The notes beneath the pieces were generated by a model that did no database searches, had not been told where the DNA came from, and worked only from the letters and a program-made list of their open reading frames with translations. A program made the position numbers and the translations under genes. A stretch of DNA of 64,000 nucleotides from Escherichia phage Mangalyan, in sequence record OR449013; one strand, written 5' to 3'. Positions 45,559 through 55,639 of the stretch are shown here, in pieces (the first letter of the stretch is position 1; each line of letters begins with the position of its first letter).

Positions 45559-45587
45559 AGGGAGGCTTGCGCCTCCCTTTTCCTTTT
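45559..45587 (+). terminator. rho-independent terminator
   Basis: AGGGAGGC-TTGC-GCCTCCCT hairpin followed by TTTTCCTTTT. Confidence 0.6.
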
Positions 45588-45596
45588 GGAGGCACT

Positions 45597-46415
45597 TTGA
45601 GCAAGAAAGAGTCTAACGACAAGTATTACACAAACCCAGGGTATGCAGAATATCTTGTTGGTAAAGTAAAAGATAAGTATGGGAATTGTGCATACGTTGA
45701 GCCTTCTGCTGGAAGAGGTTCTTTTTCAAAACTATTTTCAGAGATACTGTCGTACGATTTAGTACCAGATCCTGAATTTGAAGGACCAACACCGTGCATT
45801 CAGGCAAACTTCTTGGAGATGCACCCCAAGGCAGATGTCTTCATAGGTAACCCACCATTTGGCAAGAATTCATCTTTAGCTTGCAAATTCTTTAACCATT
45901 GTGCATCATTGCTAGAGCTTGGCGGGGCTATAGCCTTCATCTTGCCACGGACATTTGAAAAAATATTTTTTTCAAACAAACTGGACATGTCTATGCACCT
46001 TGTCTACAGCGAAAGGTGCCCTAAGAACTCGTTTTTACTTAATGGCAAACCTTATGACGTGCCATGTGTTTTCCAAATTTGGGAGAAAAAGGCGTGCAAT
46101 AGGGATCCTGTAGAGATTGGAGAGAATAAGTTATTTTCTTTTAGCACACCGGATGACTACGACTTCTGTGTAAGACGTGTTGGGTATAACGCTGGAAAAG
46201 TATTGGGTGATGATGATCCAAAATCTGAAGAATCTACATATTTCATAAAATCTTTAGTTGACGGTGTTGACAGAGTGTTTGCTGAATGCTATTCTTCTTT
46301 TCAAGAAGAAGCAGGTAAGACTGCTGGAATGAAGAGTATAGGCAAGAAAGAACTACAATACATTTTGGAGACCCGGTATGATCAAAAGCATAGACTTGAC
46401 CAAAGAACTTGCTGA
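45597..46415 (+). CDS. N6-adenine DNA methyltransferase
   Basis: Motif I EPSAGRGSF and motif IV NPPF; TTG start at 45597 after GGAGG preferred over track start inside the terminator hairpin. Confidence 0.6.
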   Translation: MSKKESNDKYYTNPGYAEYLVGKVKDKYGNCAYVEPSAGRGSFSKLFSEILSYDLVPDPEFEGPTPCIQANFLEMHPKADVFIGNPPFGKNSSLACKFFNHCASLLELGGAIAFILPRTFEKIFFSNKLDMSMHLVYSERCPKNSFLLNGKPYDVPCVFQIWEKKACNRDPVEIGENKLFSFSTPDDYDFCVRRVGYNAGKVLGDDDPKSEESTYFIKSLVDGVDRVFAECYSSFQEEAGKTAGMKSIGKKELQYILETRYDQKHRLDQRTC

Positions 46416-46836
46416 TGCAAAAGCTTTTGGTGAGACAGCGGTACAAAGAGGCCAGGCTATGGGACTGGCACTACCTTTCGTCTTAAAAGAGCACTTTACA
46501 GATTTTCAACTTATCAAGGGTGATAAGGGAATTCTTATCCTGGAGCATAAGTTGAGTAAGAAACGCTATAAAGTTGTTTTTAATTCTAAAGCTCCAACAA
46601 AACTGGGATTCAGAACTTACAATCTTAACCCATCCTACACTAAGGGTGTAGGAAGAGTAGAACAACAGCATTTCAGTGCTAGAGCTTCTTTAGCCCCCTT
46701 GATGCTAAATTTTTCAGGGGTGGCTTTAGGATACCTTGACAAGAAAAGAGTTCTTCATGTCCGTTTCACAGACTTTGTAACGCTTTTAGCTAACAATGAG
46801 GTAGATGAAAAGGGACGTGTAAAAACAAACTTCTAA
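46378..46836 (+). CDS. hypothetical protein
   Basis: 152-aa ORF. Confidence 0.4.
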   Translation: MIKSIDLTKELADAKAFGETAVQRGQAMGLALPFVLKEHFTDFQLIKGDKGILILEHKLSKKRYKVVFNSKAPTKLGFRTYNLNPSYTKGVGRVEQQHFSARASLAPLMLNFSGVALGYLDKKRVLHVRFTDFVTLLANNEVDEKGRVKTNF

Positions 46837-46851
46837 TAACGCATAGTATGA

Positions 46852-47055
46852 TTGGAGACCGCAATGACACTAAAGTTAACAGTTCCAGACAGCTTTTCAG
46901 AAAACTTTATCCCAGAAATGATGGATAAGATGCGATCATTGCTTGATCAGATTGAAGAGGCTGTTTGGGAAGACGATGCTGTAGTGGCTAACGAGCTGGT
47001 AGATAAGTGTAAAAGTATTATTGATGCAGTTGAAGAATACCACGGAGGTTTTTGA
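46852..47055 (+). CDS. hypothetical acidic protein
   Basis: 67-aa ORF. Confidence 0.35.
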   Translation: METAMTLKLTVPDSFSENFIPEMMDKMRSLLDQIEEAVWEDDAVVANELVDKCKSIIDAVEEYHGGF

Positions 47056-47669
47056 TGGATATTATTGTTCTTAACGCCCCACCTAGTAGTGGTAAGGATC
47101 ACATTGCAGATCTCTTGTTGGAAGCTATTCCTAACTCACACCATCGTGAGGTTAAGGAGATGCTCTTCAGCGTGGCAATTAAGGCAGCTGGTGTAACTCC
47201 TCAACTCTGGAATGCACTTTATGACCGCCACTACAAAGAAGAGCCTTGCCCTTTCTTAATGATAGACGGTAAGCATGTTTCTCCGCGAGAGTGGATGATC
47301 CATTGTAGTGAAAATCTGATTAAACCTATCTTTGGTGAAGATGCTTTCGGTAAGGCCGCAGTCACATCCTTGAAGAAAGATTTCCCTAAAGGTAAAGGGG
47401 TTGTTGTTTACTCCGATGGTGGATTCAAAGAGGAGCTGGCATGCCTTAGTGAGTACGCATACAGCACAGGTGGAGATCTGTTGTTGTTCCGTATTCACCG
47501 TGTCGGATATGACTGGGGAAATGATTCCAGAACCTATCTAAGTCTGGAAAAGAACGGAATAAAAGGGATTGAGTTCGATGTTGTAAACCCTGAAGGTGCA
47601 CCTTGGGAGTGTGCATCGGAGATTGTGTGCAAGTATATTGATGCTAAAGAGGCCCAAGAAGAATGTTAA
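47052..47669 (+). CDS. P-loop nucleotide kinase (dNMP kinase-like)
   Basis: N-terminal P-loop NAPPSSGKDHIA resembling phage deoxynucleotide monophosphate kinases. Confidence 0.5.
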   Translation: MMDIIVLNAPPSSGKDHIADLLLEAIPNSHHREVKEMLFSVAIKAAGVTPQLWNALYDRHYKEEPCPFLMIDGKHVSPREWMIHCSENLIKPIFGEDAFGKAAVTSLKKDFPKGKGVVVYSDGGFKEELACLSEYAYSTGGDLLLFRIHRVGYDWGNDSRTYLSLEKNGIKGIEFDVVNPEGAPWECASEIVCKYIDAKEAQEEC

Positions 47670-48256
47670 TCGGAATTGATGTAGATTTGACACTGGTAGA
47701 TTCAGGAACAGCATGGTGGGAGTGGTTGGAGCGTTTGTATGGTCCAGCCAGTAAGACAGTCGCTAAACCTTCTAATGGACTGATGTATTACGATCTGTCA
47801 AAGTATTGGCCTGATCGCCCCAAAGAAAACATCATAGGGCCTTTTGATTTCTGGAGTGACCCATTCCTCTACGACTTTCTTAAGCCTGAAGAGGGGGCTA
47901 TTGAGGTTATGAAAGATTTGGTGGCTCGTGGTCACAAGCTTGCATTTATCTCGGTATGCAAGAAAGGTCACCTTGCATCTAAATCAAGGTTCTTAAAGCG
48001 TTGGACCAGTGATTTTATGGATCTGGACGATCACACCCAGGGTCACGGCTTCTACGCCACACATTTCAAAGGAAATGTGGCTGTAGATGTTATAATTGAC
48101 GACAGGCATGAATACCTTAACCAATTCGCTTCACGACCTGAAGTTATTAAAATCCTAAAAGATACGCCTTATGAGCAATTCGAGGAGTTAAAGGTCAGTG
48201 TTGACTATACCGCCAATAGCTGGTATAAAATAGGAAAGTTTTTAGAAGGTATTTGA
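47663..48256 (+). CDS. HAD-superfamily phosphatase (putative nucleotidase)
   Basis: Motif I IGIDVDLTLVD (DxDxT). Confidence 0.45.
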   Translation: MLIGIDVDLTLVDSGTAWWEWLERLYGPASKTVAKPSNGLMYYDLSKYWPDRPKENIIGPFDFWSDPFLYDFLKPEEGAIEVMKDLVARGHKLAFISVCKKGHLASKSRFLKRWTSDFMDLDDHTQGHGFYATHFKGNVAVDVIIDDRHEYLNQFASRPEVIKILKDTPYEQFEELKVSVDYTANSWYKIGKFLEGI

Positions 48257-48257
48257 A

Positions 48258-48458
48258 ATGGGCAGATGTTCTAAAGGTGGCGATCCTGTAGTCAGATACG
48301 GTGACTGGCTGGAGGTATATGATCTGGGAGGTAAGCTAGTGTATGCCTCCAGGATCACCCAAGACATGTGCTCTGATATGTTTAACAGATACCTTGCATT
48401 TAAGGCCAACATAAACCCAGACGAAATTTCCAAAATTAAAACAAGGAGAGCTAAATAA
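48258..48458 (+). CDS. hypothetical protein
   Basis: 66-aa ORF. Confidence 0.35.
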   Translation: MGRCSKGGDPVVRYGDWLEVYDLGGKLVYASRITQDMCSDMFNRYLAFKANINPDEISKIKTRRAK

Positions 48459-49441
48459 TGCTAAAACTGTGCACTGCAAAGATCATTGCTGACAGCATTT
48501 CCGAGAAAGGTAAGCGTATCACCACTTTTGAGCTAGAGTATCCTCGAATTATTCACTCAGAGCTTATGACGCACCGAGTGTTCAGCCGAAACGCCATGTC
48601 TTCCCGTGCAGTTCCTGTCGGCAAGATGCTGCAGCAGATTGTGGAGAATCCGGCAATGCCAGTTCGCTTCGGTGTAAATAAGCGAGGTATGGAAGATGGT
48701 GGAGAACACGATCAAAAGATCCGTGTAGAGTACACTGACATGGAGCTAACCCCTGAAGAGTTTTGGAAAGAAGCTGCAAAAAACGCCGCTTGGCATGCAG
48801 AGAAGTTCGCCCTTGCTGGTTACCATAAACAAGTATGTAACCGCTTAGTGGAGCCGTTTCAGCGCATGAAAACAGTTGTAACAAGCACAGAGTGGAATAA
48901 TTTTTTCCATCTCCGTTGCTGGCACGATGCGGATCCTACGATTCAGATGTTGGCTAATTGTATGTGGGAAGCTCTTGTGAATAGCACTCCTGAAATCCTT
49001 AAACCATGGCAATGGCACACTCCATATGTAGAGCACGTTTATTTGGACGGAGAGTTTAACTACGCTGTACGTGACACAGAAGGAAAGCTCTGCATTCTCG
49101 ATACTAAAGAAGCTCTGTCTATCAGTGCTAGTTGCTGTGCACAAGTATCTTATCGAAATATTGACAGCACGTTTGAAAAGGCAGACAGTGTGGCTAAAAA
49201 ATTGATTGGTGGGGATCGTATCCATGCAAGCCCTTACGAGCACCAGGCAACACCTATGGATCACGATAACGCAATGGAACGTTTAAACTACTACCTGTCT
49301 TCATGTGAAATCACACAAGACAGCTGTGTTTGGCAGGAAGGTGTAACCCATCAAGACCGTGATGGTAAATTCTGGTCTGCCAACTTTTGTGGGTGGGTTC
49401 AGCACAGACAACTGCTTAATAACCACTTCGTGAAAGGTTAA
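48458..49441 (+). CDS. thyX: flavin-dependent thymidylate synthase ThyX-like
   Basis: HRVFSRNAMSSR matches the ThyX RHR...S...S-R signature region. Confidence 0.65.
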   Translation: MLKLCTAKIIADSISEKGKRITTFELEYPRIIHSELMTHRVFSRNAMSSRAVPVGKMLQQIVENPAMPVRFGVNKRGMEDGGEHDQKIRVEYTDMELTPEEFWKEAAKNAAWHAEKFALAGYHKQVCNRLVEPFQRMKTVVTSTEWNNFFHLRCWHDADPTIQMLANCMWEALVNSTPEILKPWQWHTPYVEHVYLDGEFNYAVRDTEGKLCILDTKEALSISASCCAQVSYRNIDSTFEKADSVAKKLIGGDRIHASPYEHQATPMDHDNAMERLNYYLSSCEITQDSCVWQEGVTHQDRDGKFWSANFCGWVQHRQLLNNHFVKG

Positions 49442-49470
49442 TCCTATCACAGCGATAGGTAACTTTTGTG

Positions 49471-49499
49471 TTGACTAATAGTATCAGATAATCTATAAT
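49471..49499 (+). promoter_or_regulatory. sigma70-like promoter (TTGACT-17-TATAAT)
   Basis: Consensus-like elements upstream of the 49528 gene. Confidence 0.55.
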
Positions 49500-49527
49500 A
49501 ATGGCTCACTTTGTTGGTGAGCCAGAA

Positions 49528-50001
49528 ATGGAGACAGATATGAGTAATGTTATGATTCCTAAAAAGACATTTATTTCAGTTACTTTAGATTTCCTAGCTA
49601 CCGTCCCTGGGTTTAACGTTCGCACACGAAACGGTCTCCGAGCTGCACTCTTTGCCGTAGGGTTTGATTTAAAAAGTATTGATGTTCTTCGTGGAAAAAA
49701 CGTTCGATGCAAAAATAAGCCAACACATTATCGAAAGGCAGATGTATTTGCTGGTGTTATGCGTGCAGACTTTAGATACCCGCAAATGTATAACGGTGTA
49801 GATATTTTAGATGTGGATAAAGCACCTGGTGAGGCAATGCTTGTTCAAGATCTCCCGTATGATATCCCAGTAGAGGATCGTGTTAATGTAAGAAAGTATA
49901 CAAAACAATCTGAAAAGGCTGAAGATATTCATATTGTTGATGAACCTTTCAATTTTGAAGATCTGCATCGCCTGGAAAAATTATTCGGTATTGAAAGCTA
50001 A
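49528..50001 (+). CDS. hypothetical protein
   Basis: Track ORF 49501-50001 starts 2 nt after the -10 element, so the internal ATG 49528 is preferred. Confidence 0.35.
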   Translation: METDMSNVMIPKKTFISVTLDFLATVPGFNVRTRNGLRAALFAVGFDLKSIDVLRGKNVRCKNKPTHYRKADVFAGVMRADFRYPQMYNGVDILDVDKAPGEAMLVQDLPYDIPVEDRVNVRKYTKQSEKAEDIHIVDEPFNFEDLHRLEKLFGIES

Positions 50002-50011
50002 GGTGGTGAAG

Positions 50012-50242
50012 ATGAGCCATAACTCCAAGTGGAAGGATCTTGGTTTTGCAAGTCGGGCAGAGTATGTTGGTTGGCTTTGGTTCAACGGCCTGACAAACGA
50101 TATTAAAATGTATGATGATGTTTATTATGACGAGTATACAGGTAAAATTATAAATATCTCTGTAGAAGAGGATACCTTTATCCAGCAAGATACTGATACC
50201 TGCCTTGATAAATACGTTAATGAAGTGGAGGAAGCAAATTGA
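50012..50242 (+). CDS. hypothetical protein
   Basis: ATG 50012 with AAGGTGG SD (track ORF starts upstream at 49934). Confidence 0.35.
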   Translation: MSHNSKWKDLGFASRAEYVGWLWFNGLTNDIKMYDDVYYDEYTGKIINISVEEDTFIQQDTDTCLDKYVNEVEEAN

Positions 50243-52554
50243 TCACCAAGGTAATTAAAAGCAACGGATGTGAGGTAGCATTCGATCCAGAACGTTTAAA
50301 TAAGGCAGCTATTTTCGGTGACGACGGTAACGGCAATTGGTCACATATTGCACTGGATGCATACAAACGACTGTATGATGGATGTACAACCAAAGAAGTT
50401 AACCAAGCTATCATAGACTCCTGTGTTAGCCGTAAAGACGAAGCACATTCCCGTATGGCTGGTCGTGTTCTTATTGGTCAGATTTATAAAGAGGCTTTTG
50501 GAGGGTTTACAAAGATCCCTTCCTTACCATCATTTTACAATACCATGGTTGAGAAAGGGTATTGGGAGGATATGGGCTATAGCTTTACCGAGCTAAACAC
50601 TTTAGACGCTGTTATTGACCACAGTAAAGATCTCGGTTATGGCTATGCAGTCCTTAAACAGTTTCGCGACAAATACGGGATCAAGGATACTCTTAAAGAC
50701 ACCTTGTTTGAATCTCCCCAGATGATGTTTATGGGGATAGCAATGGCTGTCATGAAGAATATGCCGAAAGAACGTCGTATCAACGATGTTGTAAAATTAT
50801 ACACTTATCTGTCCGACTTAAAGATCAATGCCCCGACACCGTACTTAAACGGGCTGCGCACAGGTAAGACAGGGTATGCATCTTGTTGTGTAATAAAAGC
50901 TGACGATACAGCAAAATCTATTGGTGTGGCACGTGAAGTTGCGTACACAATGACGGTTAACCAAGCAGGTATCGGCTACTATTTATCATCAAGATCTGCA
51001 GGCGATGGTGTTCGTGGTAACACTATTAAACACATGGGTAAGATTCCATATTATCGAGGTATTGATGCTGGGGTTAAGGAGAACAGACAACAATCACGTG
51101 GCGGTTCTGCAACAGTATCATTTCTTGCACTAGACCCGCAGATTGATGAGCTAATCCGTTTGAGAAACCCTATGACTGTTGCTTCAAAAAGAATCAACAC
51201 CATGGACTACTCCATCGGTATTAATAGGTCGTTTATCAACCGTGTGGCTAAGAATTTGGATTGGATGCTTGTTTCTTATAAGCACGCGCCTCAACTGCAT
51301 GAGGGTATCTTCACCATGTCTATGGAGGAGTTTGATGCAGAGGTTGATCGTATTGCTAAAGATGACAGTATTCCTAAAACATGGATCCGGGCCAGAGATC
51401 TTGCTGTTGAACTGATCACGCAGCGTACTGAGGTGGGAAGGCTGTATGTATACTGGACAGATGAGATGAATAGACATACACCTTTTAAAGATGTGATCTA
51501 TTCAAGTAACCTGTGTGCAGAAATAGCCCTCCCGACAAAAGGCTATTCAGATATGCGTAATATCTTCAAGTACGATGCTGATGATGGAGAGGTTGCATTG
51601 TGCTTCCTGTCATCTCTTGTAGCTGGGAGGGTTACTCCAGAGGAGTATGAGGATGTTGCATACTATACGGTGCTTATGATTGACAATGTTATGGAAATCA
51701 TGACATATCCGTATGAAAATATGGAAAGCACAGTTAAAAAACGCAGATCCATCGGGGTTGGCCTTACCAATGTTGCACATTTTATTGCCAGCCACAAGGT
51801 TACTTACGGATCTCCTGAAAGTAAACAGCTCGTTCACGATCTTGCAGAACTTCACAGCTACAGCTTGCATAAGGCAAGTTTACGGTTGGCAAAAGAGCGT
51901 GGTGTCTGCGAGTGGATGCATAAAACAAAATATCCAGAAGGTTGGTTACCAATCGACACCTATAACAAAGAGGTCGATAGCGTGGTGAAAGATCCTTCTC
52001 TTAAACAGGATTGGGAAGGGTTACGTAAAGAAATCATTGAAAATGGTGGGCTACGTAATAGCGTTCTTGAAGCATATATGCCTAATGAAAGCTCTTCGCT
52101 GGCAACAAACACCACTAACGGGGTCTATCCTGTCCGTGAGCACATTATCTTTAAAAAGTCGCCACAAGGGCAGGTGCTGTTTATCGTTCCTGACTATGAT
52201 GAGTTGAAAGAGTATTACACTTCGGCTTGGGACGTTGATACTAACGACATGATCGATATGTATGCTGTGATTCAAAAATTCACAGGTCAGGCAATCAGCG
52301 CGGATTTGTACATAGACTACACCAAGTTGAAAGATGGTAAAATTTCAATGAAGGAGCAGCTAGGGTACCTTATCCGTGCCACTAAATTCGGAATGAAGAC
52401 ATGGTATTATTTAAACTCTAGGGTTGGTGCTGGCGACTCCTTGGCAGAGGAACTTCATGCCAAGAAACAGGCTGAAGATGAAACCAGAAAGAACTATCCT
52501 TTGAATGCAGATAGTTCAGTTGAAGATCAGTATTGCGAAAGTTGTGCACTATAA
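50239..52554 (+). CDS. nrdA: ribonucleotide reductase class Ia large subunit
   Basis: ATP-cone VIKSNGCEVAFDPERL at N-terminus, 771 aa, followed by nrdB; TTG start. Confidence 0.85.
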   Translation: MITKVIKSNGCEVAFDPERLNKAAIFGDDGNGNWSHIALDAYKRLYDGCTTKEVNQAIIDSCVSRKDEAHSRMAGRVLIGQIYKEAFGGFTKIPSLPSFYNTMVEKGYWEDMGYSFTELNTLDAVIDHSKDLGYGYAVLKQFRDKYGIKDTLKDTLFESPQMMFMGIAMAVMKNMPKERRINDVVKLYTYLSDLKINAPTPYLNGLRTGKTGYASCCVIKADDTAKSIGVAREVAYTMTVNQAGIGYYLSSRSAGDGVRGNTIKHMGKIPYYRGIDAGVKENRQQSRGGSATVSFLALDPQIDELIRLRNPMTVASKRINTMDYSIGINRSFINRVAKNLDWMLVSYKHAPQLHEGIFTMSMEEFDAEVDRIAKDDSIPKTWIRARDLAVELITQRTEVGRLYVYWTDEMNRHTPFKDVIYSSNLCAEIALPTKGYSDMRNIFKYDADDGEVALCFLSSLVAGRVTPEEYEDVAYYTVLMIDNVMEIMTYPYENMESTVKKRRSIGVGLTNVAHFIASHKVTYGSPESKQLVHDLAELHSYSLHKASLRLAKERGVCEWMHKTKYPEGWLPIDTYNKEVDSVVKDPSLKQDWEGLRKEIIENGGLRNSVLEAYMPNESSSLATNTTNGVYPVREHIIFKKSPQGQVLFIVPDYDELKEYYTSAWDVDTNDMIDMYAVIQKFTGQAISADLYIDYTKLKDGKISMKEQLGYLIRATKFGMKTWYYLNSRVGAGDSLAEELHAKKQAEDETRKNYPLNADSSVEDQYCESCAL

Positions 52555-52561
52555 TTTTAAA

Positions 52562-52580
52562 GGGGCTTCGGCCCCATTTT
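52562..52580 (+). terminator. intergenic hairpin (attenuator-like) between nrdA and nrdB
   Basis: GGGGC-TTCG-GCCCC followed by ATTTTA. Confidence 0.45.
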
Positions 52581-52593
52581 AGAGGTTAGAATA

Positions 52594-53682
52594 ATGGCTG
52601 TATTTAATGCTGAGAACACCGCTCATAAAACTGGTGACTATCCGCTGTTTCTAGGACAGCAAATGGGTATGTACGACTCTATCAACAAAAAATATCCACA
52701 ACTGTTTGAACTATACAAAAAACAAAAAGAACAAGACTGGGCAGAGGATGAAGTGGATTTGTCGCAATCTATTTCAGATTTTGTAACATGCTCAAAGTCA
52801 ACTTATGACGTGATGGTGCAGACCTTGATGTGGCAATGGGAGGCTGATAGCGTTGCGGCAAGATCTATCATTTGTCTGTTTTCACCATTTATCACCAATA
52901 GTGAGCTTTTCACTCTATTGATGAAACAGTCAGAGATTGAAGTTCTTCACGCACTAACTTACTCAGAGATTGTTAGACAATGCCTCCCCAATGCCCGTGA
53001 GATTATAGAAGAGATTCAGGAAAACCAAAACGTTCTGAGCAGATCCGGCGTTATTGTCAAATACATGCAAGAGCTTGAGGTTATTGGTGCAAAATACCGA
53101 CTGGATCCTTCTAGTGTTGAAGAAGATGTTGTGCGGAAATGCATTCTTAGAGCGCTTTTTGCACTTTTAGCTCTGGAAAGTATTGAGTTTATTGCAAGTT
53201 TTGCATGCACTTTCGCAGTAGCTGAGCAGGGTATCTTTGTTCAGGTGGCGCAGCTTGTTCAAAAAATCATGCTTGACGAAATGCTACATTCGAAAGGTGA
53301 TTTTGCCATCATTGATATCCTGCTTAATGATCCCGCATGGGAGAAAAGCTTCCTTGAGATAAAAGGGGAGTTAAAAGAGATTCTTGATGAAGTACGAACC
53401 AAAGAGTACGGTTGGAGTGACTATATTTTCAGCGAAGGAAGAGCGATTATAGGTCTTAACTCACCGTTGCTTAAAGAATGGGTTGACTATAACTGCTCAC
53501 CGATTTATGATTACTACGACATCGACAAAGACTTTGTGCCGCCAACAAAGGACCCTCTACCGTTTATGCAGGTGTGGATGAAACCTTCATTGCAACAGAC
53601 GGCGAACCAAGAAATGTCGAACACTGACTACCGCGTCAACACAACTGTTAACGACGCTGAAGAAGAAATTTGGGAGTTTTAA
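52594..53682 (+). CDS. nrdB: ribonucleotide reductase small subunit
   Basis: 362 aa, di-iron R2-type pattern (EIEVLHALTYSEIV), directly after nrdA. Confidence 0.8.
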   Translation: MAVFNAENTAHKTGDYPLFLGQQMGMYDSINKKYPQLFELYKKQKEQDWAEDEVDLSQSISDFVTCSKSTYDVMVQTLMWQWEADSVAARSIICLFSPFITNSELFTLLMKQSEIEVLHALTYSEIVRQCLPNAREIIEEIQENQNVLSRSGVIVKYMQELEVIGAKYRLDPSSVEEDVVRKCILRALFALLALESIEFIASFACTFAVAEQGIFVQVAQLVQKIMLDEMLHSKGDFAIIDILLNDPAWEKSFLEIKGELKEILDEVRTKEYGWSDYIFSEGRAIIGLNSPLLKEWVDYNCSPIYDYYDIDKDFVPPTKDPLPFMQVWMKPSLQQTANQEMSNTDYRVNTTVNDAEEEIWEF

Positions 53683-53685
53683 TAC

Positions 53686-53964
53686 ATGAGCTGTGAAAAA
53701 TCTTTTTTCTTTATTATTTACGGTAAAGATAACTGCCCACATTGTGTAAGAGCAAAAGAATTTGCAGTCAGTAAGGGTCTGCCTTTTGTATATAAGACAC
53801 TTGGCGAGGGTTACACAAAAGAAGAGCTTATTGAGAAGTGCAGTCCAATCGTACCCAGAACGTTGCCGCAGATCTTCTTAGAAAGTAATCTTGAAAGTGT
53901 CCATATAGGCGGTGCCGACGATTTCATCTCTTTTGTTAAGAATGGTTTTGGAGAGAAAAAGTGA
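53686..53964 (+). CDS. glutaredoxin (NrdH/Grx-like)
   Basis: CPHC redox motif near N-terminus; 92 aa; between nrdB and nrdD. Confidence 0.7.
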   Translation: MSCEKSFFFIIYGKDNCPHCVRAKEFAVSKGLPFVYKTLGEGYTKEELIEKCSPIVPRTLPQIFLESNLESVHIGGADDFISFVKNGFGEKK

Positions 53965-54821
53965 AAGTTGTAAAACGGGACGGTAGAGAAGAGGTCTATA
54001 ACGGAATTAAGGTGATCAAGGCGGCAGAGTCCGCCTTACTTGAGTCTGGACATACTGAAGAAGAAGCTTACCGGATCGCCTGCGCGGTTAATGAAGTTGT
54101 TGCTAACACTCTACCAACCGACCAGTGCACGATCTCTGTAAAAAATATCCATATCCTTGTTGAAGACGCTCTTATGGATATGGGTTTAAAATGTGCAGCC
54201 AGAGAATACATCCAGTATAGGCAGACAAGAGATAATAATAGAGAGGCAGGTGGAAAACTGCTTGCAGATATTAGTGGCTTCTTGGATCGCACTTGTGATG
54301 AATTTACAAAAGAAAACGCAAATAAGCCTACCAATCATGTACACACTCATCGTGACCTGCTTGCAGGCATCCTTAGCAAACACCTTGCATCAACACAGAT
54401 CCTGCCAGACCGTGTCTCAGAAGAGCACAATAGAGGCTTCATCCATGTGCATGATCTTGACTACTTGATCAGTCCGTTAACAAACTGTTGTTTGGTAAAT
54501 TATCCAGATATGTTGGAAAACGGATTCAACATTGGTAACGCCCATGTCAGTAAGCCGAAGTCAATAGGGGTTGCAACAACAATCCTTAGCCAAATCTCTA
54601 GTGCAGTAGCTAGTGCTCAATATGGTGGTCAGACTATGAGCCATATTGATCATTATCTGGCACAGTATGCTGAAGCGACCTATGAGAAGAACCTTAAATT
54701 TTGCCAGGAACATTGGTTGCCAGATGCTGAGACTGTTGCAATGCAAATGACAGATAAAGACGTATTTGACAGCATGCAGACTTTGCTCTATCAAATCAAT
54801 ACGTTAACTTCTGTCAACGGT
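53961..54821 (+). CDS. nrdD: anaerobic ribonucleoside-triphosphate reductase, exon 1
   Basis: ATP-cone VVKRDGREEVYNGIKV; ORF ends with TAA at the first intron codon. Confidence 0.8.
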
Positions 54822-54975
54822 TAACAAACTGGCCGTTGTAAAACTCTCCTAACCTCATAAGAGGGGTCGGTAAATCCGGCTAACGGGGAACGCTAAGGCG
54901 AAAGCTATGCCAATCCCGTGACTAGTTCTTACAGGAGTTGGAACGGTTGTAACGACTAACGAAAGGCAGAGATGC

Positions 54976-55004
54976 TTGACAAACATTTCTGAACCAAGTA
55001 GTGT
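54976..55004 (+). promoter_or_regulatory. promoter-like element inside intron upstream of homing endonuclease ORF (TTGACA-17-TAGTGT)
   Basis: TTGACAAA motif as in other phage promoters here; weak -10. Confidence 0.35.
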
Positions 55005-55045
55005 AGGGGTTAGTTGAAATACTAACTTCGAAATGGAGAGGCTCT

Positions 55046-55579
55046 ATGAAAAAGATCATTCTTAATGGTGAAGAATCAAACTATGTGATTGATGAGGTTG
55101 GAAACGTATACGGAAAACGTGGAATGCTACACCCAATATTGTGGGGAGGTTATGGAAAAGGTAAAAAGCATGTTAAACGCCGTTATATGTACTCTTTCAA
55201 CCACAAAGGTAAAAAGATTCGAATCCAAACCTCAAGGATTGTTGCCTTGTATTGTTTGCCGGATGTCCCAGAAGACCCTGAAAACTGGGAAGTGAATCAT
55301 AAAGATGGCAATACATTGAATGATCATCCGTCTAACCTAGAGTGGGTTTTGCCGGAAGATAATAAGAGACATGCTTTCCGAACAGGACTTTGTCCAGGTA
55401 AGTGCTATAGGAAAGTGCAGGCATACAAAGGGAAAACCTTGGTGGGTGAATATCCTTCACTCTATGCCTGTGCAAAAGCCTTAAATTTGAACGTAGGTAA
55501 CGTTCATAGGGCTATCGAAGGAAATGCCGAAGGTAAGCATCTCACAATAAAGGGTTATTATCTTATTGAAGTAGAGTAA
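55046..55579 (+). CDS. HNH homing endonuclease (intron-encoded)
   Basis: VNHKDGNTLNDHPSNLEWV...EDNKRH HNH motif; GGAGAGG SD; stop abuts the intron S element. Confidence 0.7.
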   Translation: MKKIILNGEESNYVIDEVGNVYGKRGMLHPILWGGYGKGKKHVKRRYMYSFNHKGKKIRIQTSRIVALYCLPDVPEDPENWEVNHKDGNTLNDHPSNLEWVLPEDNKRHAFRTGLCPGKCYRKVQAYKGKTLVGEYPSLYACAKALNLNVGNVHRAIEGNAEGKHLTIKGYYLIEVE

Positions 55580-55639
55580 GAGATAGTCTGGCCCTGTGGA
55601 AACACAGGGAGGAGACAGCAGACTCCATTCATCACATTG

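Larger units (their letters stand above)
54822..55639 (+). ncRNA. group I intron in nrdD carrying an HNH homing endonuclease ORF
   Basis: P1 pairing exon CAACGGU with intron GCCGUUG (54832-54838); P/Q-like CGGGG / CCCG (54880-54923), R-like AACGACTAACG (~54950), S AAGAGATAGTCTGG (55578-55591), P9 hairpin CCCTGTG-GAAA-CACAGGG; exon frames match across it. Confidence 0.75.
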
